A DNA stretch of 64,000 bases from Felis catus (Eukaryota), in contig NC_058368.1 of assembly GCF_018350175.1 (NCBI RefSeq), forward strand, positions 115,012,001 through 115,076,000. The letters are read 5' to 3'. Below the pieces are notes generated by a model. That model ran no database searches. It was not told where the DNA came from and was given only the letters and a program-made list of their open reading frames with translations. Positions 1 through 13,466 of this stretch are shown one piece after another. Made by a program: the position numbers and the translations under genes. Every line of letters begins with the position of its first letter. Position 1 is the first letter of the stretch.

Positions 1-1704
1 TAGATACTTTCAGTGTAATTGCATGTCTCTTAATTTTGTGCATTGTCTCCATATTGTGAAAATTTCTTAGTTTTCCTGAATAAGTTCTTAAGTTTGATTT
101 TACAGGTTAGTACGTCTCTTTTTAACAGTACGTGATATATACTAAATTTCTAGGAGGTATAGAAGTTACAGATTTTCTCTTGAAGTTCTACTTTGATCCT
201 TCTTAAATATGGCTAGTCATTTTTTACTGTATTTTAACTTTGTATGTTTGCTTTTCTTTCATTTCTGTTAACATAATATATTTTTTAATACTCTAGTTTT
301 GATCATTTGAGTATCTGTAGTCATTATGAATCTGATTACACAATTGTTTTGCTTACTCCTGCCCAAGATAACTTATTTCCTGGTGTACTTCCTGCAATTT
401 TTATTGTAAATTTACCTTCCTGTAATTTTGTATATGAGAATTCTTTGAGGCCTGGGCTTGGATGACCTTCTATCAGAGAAAATTTCCATTTATATTTGCT
501 TCTGCCAGTTGCTTAGGGACACCTCACCTTGTGAGGGCCAAGGTGTATTGGTCCATTAAAAACCCAAATTCTAATCACAGAATGGAACATATCCATTTCT
601 CTATTTCCCACCCCTGTGCAAGCACTGTTTTCAGTGGTTTCTTTTATAAAACTCTTTGAATTTCTGCTTTCTTATGTCTAGCCTCTGATAATTTCCCTCA
701 ATTACCTGGTTAGCCCTGCATCAAAAACCAAAAAAGAGTTGGAAGGTATAAATTGCAGAGTATAAAATTCACACCTACCCCTTTTAAGTGTACAACTCTG
801 ATTTTTACTAAATTTGTAGAAGTATGCATCCATTACCACAATCCAGTTTGGAATTTTTCTATCATCCATGCATACTTCATTTTTTGGTAAGATATTTTGT
901 TACTCCTAATAAGGTAGCCAACACCCTTTCCTCAAATTGGAAAGTTGGAGGCTTATCCTCTGTTCCATCATCATTTCTCTTGTGGATTTGGGAATAACTG
1001 GTAGAAGTTTCTTGAGTGGTTCTGAAATTTATATGATGTGTAGTTGGGACTTCTCACTTGATGCATGTCAAGTTTACAAAGTTGAGTTACTGTTATTTTG
1101 GACTTGTTGAGAGCTCAGACTCAACCATTTTAAAGAGGAAAACTTAGGTGGTAGCATGACCCAGAGCCACAATGGCAAGTAATGCAGGTTTTGAGCTTCA
1201 GCCTCTTGAGCTTTATGGTTATGGTTGTGGACTTGAGCTCCCTTTTCCAAAGTTCTTTTCACTTGTTTTACTCCCCACAATGGGCATAGGCTGTTAGGTT
1301 ATTAATTTACCACCAAGAACAAAAAGAAATCTCACTTCCTGCAGAGGTTCCAGAGTAAGGGGCAGTGGAGCCCCTCAGCCAAATATGAAGGAGAAGCAGT
1401 TACTGAGGGCCGTGGGAAGAAACTTGTGCTGACCTTACACAAATTTAACCTTCATTTAAAAGTCATCAACACATGTATAATAGAGGAGAAATTGTCATAA
1501 TGGGTTTTTTTCCCCACTATGGAACTTCATAAATTTTATTTAAGAAGAGAAAATCTAGTATAAAGGTAGTATAAAGTTGTCTTTTTTTGTAGTGTGCAGA
1601 TGTCATATTTGTTGATATGACACAGCCTGGCTGTGACATTTCTTTTTTCCTCCACAGCATAAATTGTTACTGTGCTACTCCTAAAACCAGCAAAAATCCA
1701 GGGC

Positions 1705-1728
1705 TTTTTTTTTTTTTTTTTTTTTTTT
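1705..1728. repeat. Poly-T run (T24)
   Basis: Mononucleotide run with no adjoining SINE body. Confidence 0.9.
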
Positions 1729-4372
1729 AAATCAGGGAGTTGCTGGTTTTCTGAAATGTTCTGCTCTTCTCTAAGGTCCAAACTTCCACAGTGTAGGCAT
1801 AGATAGTACAAGAGGCCTTCATGATTTCAAAGCTTATGATTTCATAGGTCATACATAGTGTCAGTCTTAGGCCACCTCTTGAATTAGCAAGAATCAAAGA
1901 CATTTAAACTGTTCATACACAAGTTACCGTGATAGCAGAGATATTCCCAGAGAAAATCTAGAAGTAACTGCAGAGTGTTCTGCCAGGTTCTCTGGAAGTT
2001 TGGTCTATGTATTTTTAATTTAAACTTGAGTCTCTTCTTCAGTCTCAGTATGAACTGCTCTCCCAAATTTCTAGAGCCCCAGAAGGAGACATTTAGGAAA
2101 CCCCTCCTCTCAGCCTCCCCTTTCACTGTTGTCAAGCGTGGCACTAGTATATGAGGTTAGCGTCTCAGAGAGCTACGGTTGAGATGTTGCATTTGCACAT
2201 TTGTCATTGTTGGAAGTGAGTAGCCCTGTCCCTGGAGGGTGAATAGAAGCTCATTCATCTGAAGAAGACTGTCAGTGACAGGCGCTCTCTCCCTCCTCCC
2301 AGGCCAGGCAGGGTGGCCTCCTGAAACAGGCAGTGTACTCTTGTGGAACATTACTGCTTCAGCAATACATCAGAAACCATTTAAGTAACGTTTTAAAATA
2401 AAGAACAAGTCTTGCATAGCCTTTATTTTGTTAGGAATTGTATCAGGAAACAGGAAAGATGGTTTACAGAGGTCAGCCATTTCAGCCTTAGCCACCCACA
2501 CTCTCATGTATCTGATCTGTAATAGATAATAGTTTACATAATCTTTGCTTCTTACTTTTCTGGATCTTACAGATTCATAAAATTGGGTGAGTGTAAATTG
2601 AAATAAAATGATGCTAGTAGTGACTAGAGAGTAAGGATAGAAACAGAGTGACAGACCTTCCTGAATTTTACACTTGGCTGGCCTCCCACATAGTGGGAGT
2701 GGGGCGGGAGTGCTGGGTATTAGTATGCTCACCTCACCAGGAATCTTTGTTAGTCTCAAATTACTAATGTAGTGATGAGCCCCAAATTTTATATTTGTTT
2801 TTCAAAATGCCTTCTTAAGGAATTGAAACAGTGGGAGTTACAGATTCATGAACATATCTAAGTTAAGCTTTCTCCTGCACTGTAGCATCATTGAGGGATA
2901 ATGTTTTTTAAATATTTTATATTTTACAAAATAGAGTTTTGGTTATGTTTTGCAGTAATTTTTAAACAAAAAAAATCTGCATAATCAACTGTATTATCAT
3001 GAAGACTAGTGCCTGTTTGCTCAGGTCCAGTTGTTAGTAGAAAGTGGAATTGTAATCTTTAGGGGAAATATGTTACTTCTGTATATGATTTTGAAGACCC
3101 CTAAACATTAAAGATCTGACTTAATTTTTTATTTCTTTACATTTTATATTTAAATTACATGTTAGTTCTGTTGTTTCTCCTTATGATTAGGCATTGCAGG
3201 ATTCTGATAGTTAGCAGTCTTCCAGAAAGCTGATAATCCCTAACCATAATACTGCAAACAACAGCCATAATAGTACGTAATTTTTCTTTTGCCTGTATGT
3301 GCTTAAGTTGGGTGGAGGAGTGAAAATCAAAGGTTATCACCATTGCCCTTGTTTACTCTGGCATTTAAATTCCCGGAAAGTGCCTTTGATATTAAACTGC
3401 CTATGCTTCTGTCATTCATAACTCAATTTGCAACCGGGGGGGGGGGCAGGGGAAGATGTGTCTTAGCACAGTGTATTCATTTGGTCCTTGGTATTACCAA
3501 TGGGGTTGGCAAGGCTGTTTATGTAGAAACATGGATAAGTGATCACAGTGCTCACAGTCGCTACAGAGCAAGGTTCTCACCACGGTCAGGGCTTCAGCTG
3601 AGGAAGTCTGACACAACTTGGAAAGATTGTTTCTGGCTACTGGAGCAGTGTCCTTAAGATACTTTGGACAGAAAGGAAAAGAGTTCAGTTCAAATAAAGC
3701 AGTACCATTCAGAAAGGAGTTCAGCTTTCAGTGCTTTTGAGAACCTAGTTGAAGGATAGTTTTCTTCTAACTGTGGGACATCATCCCTGTTTATTTTTCC
3801 ATTTCTGATGAATATGGCCTTGGGTATATCTTGATGTTATCTTAATACTATTTTTTTTTAATTTGAAAAATAGCTTTGTGTTTAAATAAACCTCTTGGCT
3901 TAGTAAGCAGCCATTCACCTGTAAAATGAGAATAGCATCTTAGAATTTCTACTTCTTTTCTTCAAGAACCAGCTACATGGTATATTTGTAATTGAGGATA
4001 CCAACTTTTCTTTCTGAATGCCCTTGATTCCTTAGCTTTTCTCATGTTGTTGTCCACACCATGAGAACTGCCTTTCTACTGTTCAGGCAGGTAAGAGAGC
4101 ATGGTAAAGCCTATGAGTTACATGCCCTGGAATCTCATTCTGCCAACAGTGTGACCTGTGTTACAAGTCGACATAGTCTCCTTAGCACAGAGATTTAAAA
4201 AAAAAAAAAAATTGTCCTCCTAGGTAGGTAATTAATTTGAGAAATAAAATACCATTGGTGCTCTTGGCATGTGTTCTATAAAAGATAGAGGTGGGAGTGG
4301 GTATACATTTGTTTTCCTTAGGGATCAAAAGAAAAATCTTCTAAGAACTTTTTATGGTGTTCCTTCTTCTAG

Positions 4373-4465
4373 GTTGCCAACTTGGCCTGTTCCATCTCAA
4401 ACAATGAAGAAGGTGTAAAGCTTGTTCGAATGTCAGCAAGTCAGCTAGAAGCTCTCTGTCCTCAG
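4373..4465 (+). CDS. CTNNA1: Catenin alpha-1 coding exon (human exon 10 equivalent), 93 nt
   Basis: Acceptor tccttcttctag| and donor CAG|gtaagg. Manual translation gives VANLACSISNNEEGVKLVRMSASQLEALCPQ, recognised as alpha-E-catenin M domain. Not in the ORF track. Upstream exons lie outside the window. Confidence 0.97.
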
Positions 4466-6766
4466 GTAAGGTATGACCATAATTGTTTATGGTACCACTG
4501 AATTGGAGTTCGGTTACATTGGAGATCAGGTTTATTTTTTTAATTTTGTTTTTAGAATTTTACATAGAAGTCTTGGGGACAAAACACTGATCCAGAGTTC
4601 ACAAAGCTTGTAGAAATTTATGTTCAGCTTCAAGTGACATTTCCTTGGGGCATCACATATTACTATCCCTTGCCTTTCATTAAAAATGGATAGTGTCTTT
4701 CATTGCTGGCAAGTGGAGGGTGTGTAGTGACCTCACTACTCAGTCTGTAACCTCCTTGAGAGAGGGCCATCTGCAACATTTGACAGTCCTGGATTTAGGG
4801 TAGTTATCTCACAAACCTGAAGGAGTAACAGTTACCCACCTATGCTCCTTAATGCCTGGGATTTGGATCTTTGTGATGGAGGGAACAAGATCCAAGAGCT
4901 AGAACCATTACTCTGTAATGTCCTGAAGTAGCATTTTGGTACATATGTTAGCAACGTAATCCAGCCAGCTACTGAATTAAAAGCTTGAGAACTTTTCTCC
5001 ATTTATGATGGCATATTGGAAGACTAGCGATTATGGCAGTCTGGGACTCTCGAAAGACTCTAAAGCACATAGAAGAACAGTTGCTTTGTTAAATGACCAA
5101 CGTGTTGGCTGCCTCCTATGAGGGGAACTGACCCTGTCTGTGGGGTCCCCTGCTCCTTGACAGTCACAGGTGTTTTTAAGCGGTATAAGTGCTGTTTTCA
5201 GTGGAAGAGGCTGCCCTTCTGATTTCCCAAGTAGAGACTGCTCATGGGCCTACTCTGAGGATTTACATTTACTTTCTCTAAATGTCCTGTCAGATGGCAG
5301 TGGCCACAGATAAAGGGAAATAAAGCAGAGGAACGGGAATAACAAAAGAGAGGTCATAGGAATGAAATTTCTATGTTGTGTGTACAACCAGCTTTAAAAT
5401 ATACTGAGACCAATACTTTGGCCCTTTCATATAAATAATTCCTGACCCTCAAGATAGGCAACCAAAAGAAGTAAAGCCTGATTATTAATCTGGGATCTTA
5501 ACTGGTGCACAGGTTAGTTAAGGCATTTGTTCTAATTGTCATTCATGTGTATCTCGTTTGCCAGTGAGAGTTGGTTTGTGTAAACACTACTATGATAGGC
5601 CATTGTGAATCCACATTATATGATGAACATCTTTTCAGGTTTCATCCAGTCATGAAATCCAGTAGAAATTGGTAGCGGTAAAGATAATAAGCACAATGGA
5701 TTGAATGACTTGTAGAAAGTTCGTGGATGACTAAGTTGTAAGAAGTATATTCAGAGTAAATTTCTAAAGCTGGGGCATTCTTTCCCCAAGTTTATCATTT
5801 TACCCTATCAGCACTTTGTTTTTAATGTCTTTGGTTCTCCGTTTGGTTTTGAAATGCTTGAAAAGCCACAATGCTTTCACATATCAGCTGAAACAGATGG
5901 TAACATACGCTGATCACACCTACCAAGAGTATTTATATAAATGATCTTAAGCCTAGGAGAAAAAAAATCACATGGAGAGTCTAGTAGATCCTAATGAAAT
6001 GGTGGTGTGCACAAATCATGTGTGGCTGGGCCATATTGTGCCGGTTTGAGTTTGCCCTCAGCATTGTTTCTCTCTTGGGTATTTGATTTCTTCTAGTAGA
6101 ACAGACCTTCAGGAGGAGTGGGTTTAGACCGTGCCCAGACCACCCTTAGTATTAGGTGTGTGTCCTGGATAAAAAGGTGTTTTCCCAAGTGTGCTTCTTG
6201 TCTTCCAGACTCTTGCCAAGGTTCATTTTTGCCCCTGCTCAAAGCAGGGCTGGGCAGATTCAGTGATGGCAAATACAGCAGGCATTTGCAGCCATGATAG
6301 TGACAAACTTGAGTAGTATGTGCCGTTTCTACATGAGGAAGCTGCGATTCCACTCCAGGCCAGTATTGCCAGGTCCTTTCATTATTTTTAAAGAGAAGTC
6401 AGCAATTCAGGTTTTTCTGTCAAGTCTCAATTTTAAACGATAGGTAACTAATCAAAAGTTTTGAAAGTCTTCGAAGAGGGTAAACCAAACTCCTCTGAGA
6501 CTGCATCTGGCTTACCCTGGCCCGTGCATTACATTCTCAAAGGGCTTCTTTTTCAAACTGGCTGGTGGCCATCCCTTTGAGGAAGAGGGGTTTCCCTGGA
6601 GCCCTCTCTCTCCTTACTCTTCATTCTGATGTGGGCAGTGACCTCTACCACCAGGACCCTGAACTAGAGGTGTTCCCTTCCACAGACACTGGCTTGTGTG
6701 ATAAACAGACTAGGCTGGTTAGTTCCCCAGGAGTTTAGGAAGGGGTTTAATATGCTGTAGCCTATA

Positions 6767-7766
6767 TGGCACAAAAACAGACACTCAGATCCATGGAATA
6801 GAATAGAGAACCCAGAAACGGATCCACAAATGTATGGCCAACTAAACTTCGACAAAGCAGGAAAGAATATCCAATGGAATAAAGACTGTCTCTTCAGCAA
6901 GTGGTGTTGGGAAAACTGGACAGTGACATGCAGAAAAATGAACCTGGACCACTTTCTTACACCATACACAAAAATAAACTCAAAATGGATGAAAGACCTA
7001 AATGTAAGACATTTGTAATGATGTAAGACATCAAAATTCTCAGGGAGAAAGCAGGCAAAAACCTCTTTGACCTTGGCCACAGCAACTTCTTACTCAACAC
7101 GTCTCTGGAGGCAAGGGAAACAAAAGCACCAATGAGCTATAGGGACCTCATCAAAATAGAAGGCTTCTGCACAGCGAAGGAAACAATCACCAAAACTAAA
7201 AAGCAACCGACAGAATGGAAGAAGAGATTTGCAAACGACATATCAGATAAAGGGTTAGTATCCAAAATCTATAAAGAACTTCTCAAACTCAACACCCAAA
7301 AAACAAATAATCCAGTGAAGAAATGGGCAGAAGACATGAATAGACACTTCTCCAAAGAAGACATCCAGATGGCCAACTGACACATGAAAAAATGCTTAAC
7401 ATCACTCGTCAGGGAAATACAGATCAAAACCACAATGAGATAGCACCTGTCAGAATGGCTAACATTAACAACTCAGGTAACAGTGGATGTTGGAGAGGAT
7501 GCGGAGAAAGAGGATCTCTTTTGCACTGCTGGTGGGAAAGCAAACTGGCACAGCCTCTCTGGAAAATAGTACGGAGGTTCCTCAAAAAATTAAAAATAGA
7601 ACTACCGTGCAACCCAGCAATTGCACTACTAGCGTATTTATCCAGGGGATACAGGGATGCTGTTTTGAAGGGCCACATGCACCCTAAGTTTATAGTAGCG
7701 CTATCAACAACAGCCAAAGTATGGAAAGAGCTCAAATGTCCATCAATGGAGAAGGAAGATGTGGCG

Positions 7767-7825
<59 letters not shown>

Positions 7826-8191
7826 GAGTATTACTTGGCAATCAAAAAGAATGAAATCTTGCCATTTGCAAGTACGTGGATGGAACTAGAGGGTATTATG
7901 CTAAGCAAAATTAGAGAAAGATATCCTATGACTCACTTATGAAGACTTTAAGACACGAACAGATGAACAAAAGGAAGGGAAGCAAAAATAATATAAAAAC
8001 AGAAAGGAGGACAAAATGTAAGAGACTTAAATACGGACAACAGAGGGTTACTGGAGGGGTTGTGGGATGGGGGATGGGCTACAGGGTAAGGGGCACTAAG
8101 GAATCTACTCCTGAAATCATTGTTGCACTATATGCTAACTAATTTGGATGTAAATTTAAAAATATAAAAATTAATTTATTAATTGACAAAA
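6767..8191 (+). mobile_element. 5'-truncated carnivore L1 (ORF2 3' part, 3' UTR, A-rich tail), frameshifted
   Basis: ORF2 peptides [29 protein letters not shown] and [20 protein letters not shown]. 15-bp TSD ATGCTGTAGCCTATA at 6752-6766 and 8192-8206. Confidence 0.95.
7771..7822. repeat. (CA)26 microsatellite inside the L1
   Basis: Perfect CA run. Confidence 0.97.
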
Positions 8192-10159
8192 ATGCTGTAG
8201 CCTATAGACAGTTATTAGAGTGCATCTTTATTGTGAGGCTGCTGGCAATATCTGACCACAGGATGAAGTACATGTTCGATTTTTCCATGCTGGTTTTTGT
8301 GCCTCACACCCACACTCTTGCATGTAGGAAGCCCGGGCCCCTGTGTTGGAGATGTTCTCCTTATGTAACTCTTCTGTGGCCCCACCTACATTTTGGAGTT
8401 GGCTCCTAGACCTTATTGTTGAAGGGGAGAGATGACAGATGGAACCTCCAGAGGAGCTTTTCCCCCATTTTGTCAGTTCACTCAATAGCAAATTAACTTT
8501 GGAAATGAGAACTGTTGTGAAGTACTAACTTTGTAGCAGTTAAGTGATTTTAACTTCAAATATTTGAGATTAATTAAAGTTGAGGAGGAAGTAACCTGAA
8601 AGTGGCTTTGTTTTGTTGCTTGGGGGAACAGAAGCACCCACATTTTTTTGTGATTTGCTGTTGCAAGAAAGGAAGTAGGTCAGCTGTCTCTGCCTGCATT
8701 GCCTGCTACTCTGTGGCTGCACTGTCTCACTCTGTTCATCTGGAGGGGGACCTGCTTCCATTTGAGCAGAGAGCCCTAGTCTCACATGCCTTTATAAGGA
8801 AAAAACCCAACTGTTATGGGGATAAATATGAATCTGTACCCCACATATCCCTGACATGCCTTGTTTGTAGATGTGCCCAAGTCTTAGTCTGTGGTAGCTG
8901 CTTAAAATATTTCACTTTTTTAGTTCATTTGGTGCTGGGCAGCGAAAAAAAGGAAAAAGAAGGTTTCTGACAATTGAATCTTTAAAATTGTGGGAGGGCA
9001 TTTTGGAGATGATCTCACTTAATATTTTATTTTTCTTAGTTCATTTGTGAGAATGAGCATTGTACATTTAGGTTAATACGGATCTGGCACTTTAATAATT
9101 CATATAGCCTGGTTTAATGCATGGCCTTTCTTGGAAATCTACACAAAGGTGAATTAAATATTTGAAGCCACAGCTTATCTGCATTTCTTTCTCTTTTTTT
9201 TTTCTTTTTGTCCTTCTCACTAACTAGAGAAACAACTTATGAAATTGCCCATTCTTCCTTGTGCCTCCTTAGATTTGTCTTCCATATTGCTTCTTTTCCC
9301 TTTGTGCTTTTGGGAACACTGATCATTTTTGTGGCTGACAGACTTAACAAGCATCAAATAAATACAAACCCAGACAGGCCTGGCCTATAGGTGGTGAGAA
9401 AATATGTAGCTCTTATTGGAGCATCTAAGGCATACAGGCCAGGGTACCCTGTGACCTCAGCTCTCACGCATCTATTATTTCACAATCATAGGACCATCTA
9501 ACTTTGAACCACCTCACTTTTCCACTTTGGATATTCTCTAATCTTTTATTTCAAAGCAGTTTAACAGAAGAGCTCGAAGGAGATGCTTCTGACTAAAGGT
9601 TTCAGTACCTTGCCCTCCGCCCCTTCCACTCCTTCTGACAGAGATCTGCTGGTAACATGCTGCCAGAGACCTTGCAGTCTCCCTGTAAGGCTTGCATATT
9701 GATACTGGTCAGTTTTCGTTTCTGGTACAGTCTGATTTCCATAGCCTAACAGTTGGAAAGTGTTTACTTCTCTTCTGTTTTCTTGAAAAATCTGTATAAT
9801 TGATATTAGTCCTTTAAATGTTTGGGGTAATTTACCACTGAAGACATTTGGCCTGGAGTTTCCTTTGTGGGAAGGTTTTTAACAATTCAGTTTCTTTAAT
9901 CGATACAAGGATATTCACATTAGCTGTTTATTCTTGAGTGTCTTTGGTAATTTATATTTCATCAGTTACTACTATGTTACTTTATTCCTTCTGCCAGATT
10001 TGGGGTTTAATTTGTCCTTTTTCTAGTTCTAAAGTTAGAAGTTTTTAGATCATTGATTTGAGACTTTCTTTTCTGATGTCACGGTTAAACATTTAATGGT
10101 ATAAATTTCTCTTAAAGCACTGCTTTAGCTACATCCTACAAATTGTAATGTGTGTGTTA

Positions 10160-12700
10160 AATAGTATGGGAAGGTCAGCAAAGATGCCATTGAGAAAATG
10201 ATTTAGAAGCAAAGACCCAGAGGAGATGATAGAACAAGCCATGGAGGTATGGCACTCCAGGCAGAGAGAACAGCAAATGCAGAGGCTTTCAAAAAGAGGG
10301 TCAATTTTCTAACAGATGTTTGGGTGGTTTGGGGCTTTTTAGGGTCATGGTAAGGCCTTTGGCTTTTTACTCTGAGTGACATGGGAAGCCAATGAAGGAA
10401 TTTGAATAGAGGATTGACATGATTTAATTTAGGTTTGAACAAGGCCTCCCTGACTTCTGTCAGGAGGGATGGAAGCAGAGATATCTCTTAGGAGGCTGTG
10501 CTAATAAGCAGGAAAACACCCCTCTCCCCTCACAAAGATGTTCATTTCCTAATTCCAAAACCTATAAATGCATTACTTTAAGTAGCAAAAGGTCTTTGTA
10601 AAGGTTAAAAAAAAAGAGAGAGAGAGAGAGAACTAAGGGTTGTTAGATTATCAGGTAGGGACCCCAGTATAATCAAAGTATCCTAACAGGGAGACATAGG
10701 TGTCAGAGTCTGAGAAGACACTGTGATCGCAGAAGCAGGCATTGGAGCCATATGGTCACAAGCCGAGGAATGTGGGCAGCCTCTAGGAGTCAGACTGGAT
10801 TCTCCTCTAGAGCCTCTAGAATGAATAGGTCTGCTGACACTTTGACTTCTGATGTCCAGAACTATAAGATAATACATTTGTGTTGTTTTAAGTAAAACTA
10901 CTTCAGTAATAATATGTTATAGCAGCATTAGGAAACCAAAACAGAGGCTTTGGTACTAATCCAGGAAAGAGTACAGTGGATGTGGCAGGCACTGATTAGA
11001 GTCTGGATATATGATGATAGAATTTACTGAAGGATTAAATATGAGGTGGAGGGGAAAGAGAGGAGTGAAGGAGAATTCCAGGGTTTTGAATATAAGTAGC
11101 TGGAAGGATGGAGGTGTCATTTATTTTGATAGGGAAGCGTGGTTTGGGGGAACAGCTAAGGAGCTCTGTTTTAGACATGGTAATTAGATATGCAAGATGC
11201 TAAGTGAAATTCAAGGAACAGATCTAGACAGGTTGTATAAATGTGAGACTCATCAGCACACATAGGATACCATGAGCCTGGATGTGCTCACCAATAGAAT
11301 GGGTATACCTAGAGTAAAAAAGTCTAGGTACTAAAACTGGGGTTCTCTAACATCTAAAGTTTGGGGAGATGAGCAAAGAAGACTGAGGAAGGGTTAGTAA
11401 GACCAGAAGAACACCAGAAGCTGGCTCTACCTTGGAAACCAAGGGAAAAAGAGTGTTTCTAGGAATGATGTTTATTCCTGTCAAATGGTTGTTGAACGTG
11501 AACTGAGAATTAGTCCTTGGATTGAACAATATGTAGAGATGACAAATGACCTTGGACAAAGGAGTTCAGGTAGAGTTTAGGAGACATAAGCTTGACTAGA
11601 ATGGGTTCAAGAGAGGAGAGAGGGATTGGGTATAACAAGTTGGCAGCTCTTTCAGATTTTATGTAAGGTTTATAGAGACATGGGGTGGTAGCATGAGCTA
11701 GATACGGGATTGAGACTGTTACTTGTTTTTTATTTTTAGTTGGGACCCATACTAGCATGTTTTTTATGTTTACCTGTTGAAAATAATCCAATAGATGAGA
11801 AATATTTACAGTATAGAAAGAGGGGAAATATCGATAATACATAATTAGGAAATAGTCCAGTAAAGGGGAAATATTGATAATGTAGAATAATATCAGTATA
11901 TTGATAATACAGAATAGATAATCTATATAACTAATAGAATGTATAATAGATAATATCGATATAGATACTATAGAATGGACGAAGAATTGCTAGAGCAATG
12001 TCCTGGAGTAGGGGAGAGGAAATAAGATGCAGTGGACAGGTAGAAAGGTTGTTCTGAGATGGGAACATAGATTGAACACCTATATTTTTAAAAAGGTAAG
12101 ACAGTACCTGGTACAGATGCAGGTAAGTGGGTAGATGTGGTGATAGGAACTATGGACATTGTCTTTTGATCGCATTCATCTCACTCAAGTAGGAAGCAGC
12201 AGGCTTTGAAGCTGAGACTGAGGATGCTGGCTGAGGTAGGTGAGAAAAGAAGGTGTGAAACAAATACTCATTTAGAGTCCAGGCTTGAGAGGAGGAGATT
12301 TACTAGACTAAGGAAGTATAGTTCCCTTGCTGTCTCCAACATTATGTGTCTTGAGTAATCAAGAATTTTAAAGCAAGACCACTCCGCATTCTTGGGACAG
12401 GAAATTGTGAGACATCTGAGTGGAGCTGTTTGGTATAGAGCAAGCGATATGAGTTGGGAGCTAGAATAAATGGTCTGGATAGGAGATGTGGGAGTAGTTG
12501 GCACCTAAGTGGTATGTAAAATCATGAAACTAGATGAAATTGCTCACTGTGAGGAGAGGAGTGTAGAAAGGAGAAAGGGCAGCATAGAAATAAACCTTCA
12601 GGAACTCTGAAATTCTTTGATGTCGAAGAAGACAAGGCAGCAAAGAAGACAGAGAAGAAATAGCCAGAGCAGTAGAAATTAAACAAAAAGTCTTGAAGAA
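10160..12700 (-). mobile_element. Ancient L2 LINE fragments, interrupted by an MLT1 (boundaries approximate)
   Basis: Purine-rich strand with L2-like passages such as ggtcatggtaaggcctttggctttttactctgagtgacatgggaagccaatgaagg. Recognised from memory of the consensus. Confidence 0.7.
10497..10943 (+). mobile_element. MLT1-type ERVL-MaLR solo LTR
   Basis: TG...CA ends and MLT1-like passages ggattctcctctagagcctctaga and atacatttgtgttgttttaag...gttatagcagcattaggaaacc. Confidence 0.8.
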
Positions 12701-13246
12701 AATCTAACCTCTAGGCCTGACAAAAAACACTTTGTAAACCAGGAACATAAGAGAATTTGCTCAGCCTGGTAATATCATACCAGGTAAAACGTAATATTAA
12801 CGGGAACAGGCTGAGTCGTTTCTCCCTACAATCAAAAACAAGACAAGGATGTCCTATTCAACGTTGTTCTAGAGGTTTTCAACATGGTGGTAGTGCCTCG
12901 TGTGGGGCTTTTTGCTAATTTAACGAGAAAAAATATTAACTCCCGTTAATTTTTATTTCTTTTGATTTGTGAGAGTAAATTTTTTCCCCTAGTTGTTTAC
13001 TAGTCATTTATAGTTCATCTTAGGTAGGCTGTCCATGTCTTTCCCCCATTTTTCTATTAGTATTTTGGTGTTCTCCTTACAGATTTACCTAACATACTTC
13101 ATCAGTTACATATACTTAAATACAGAAGTAATATAGTCAGATTTATGAATTGACTTCTCCCATTGTTATTTGGAAATAGGGCAGAGTTTTCTAAGAAATG
13201 AGAGATATTTCTCTTGAAGAATTCAGTCAAAACATAAATAGATGCC

Positions 13247-13466
13247 TTTTTTTTTTTTTAAATTGTTTTAGATGTTTATTCATTTTTGAAAGAAAGAGAG
13301 CGTGAGCGGGGGCGGGGCAGAGAGAAAGGGAGACACAGAATCCAAGCAGGCTCCAGGCTCTGAGCTGTCAGCACAGAGCCCGATGTGGGGCTTGAACTCA
13401 CAAACCATGAGATCATGACCTCAGCCGAAGTCAGAGGCTTAACTGACTGAGCCACCCAGGCGCCCC
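13247..13466 (-). mobile_element. Can-SINE (SINEC_Fc-like)
   Basis: Reverse complement of the GGGGCGCCTGGGTGGCTCAGTC head, with (CT)n region and poly-A. CATAAATAGAT repeated on both flanks. Confidence 0.95.

Noticed and set aside
1..4372. The nested LRRTM2 gene known from a CTNNA1 intron
   Set aside because: No leucine-rich-repeat ORF is present. That gene lies in an earlier intron upstream of this window.
6830..8142. L1 ORF2 fragments as an active reverse transcriptase gene
   Set aside because: 5'-truncated, frameshifted, and lacking the endonuclease, RT core and promoter.
13247..13466. tRNA genes suggested by A/B-box-like sequence in SINE heads
   Set aside because: These are tRNA-derived Can-SINE heads with CT tracts, poly-A and TSDs, not cloverleaf tRNAs.
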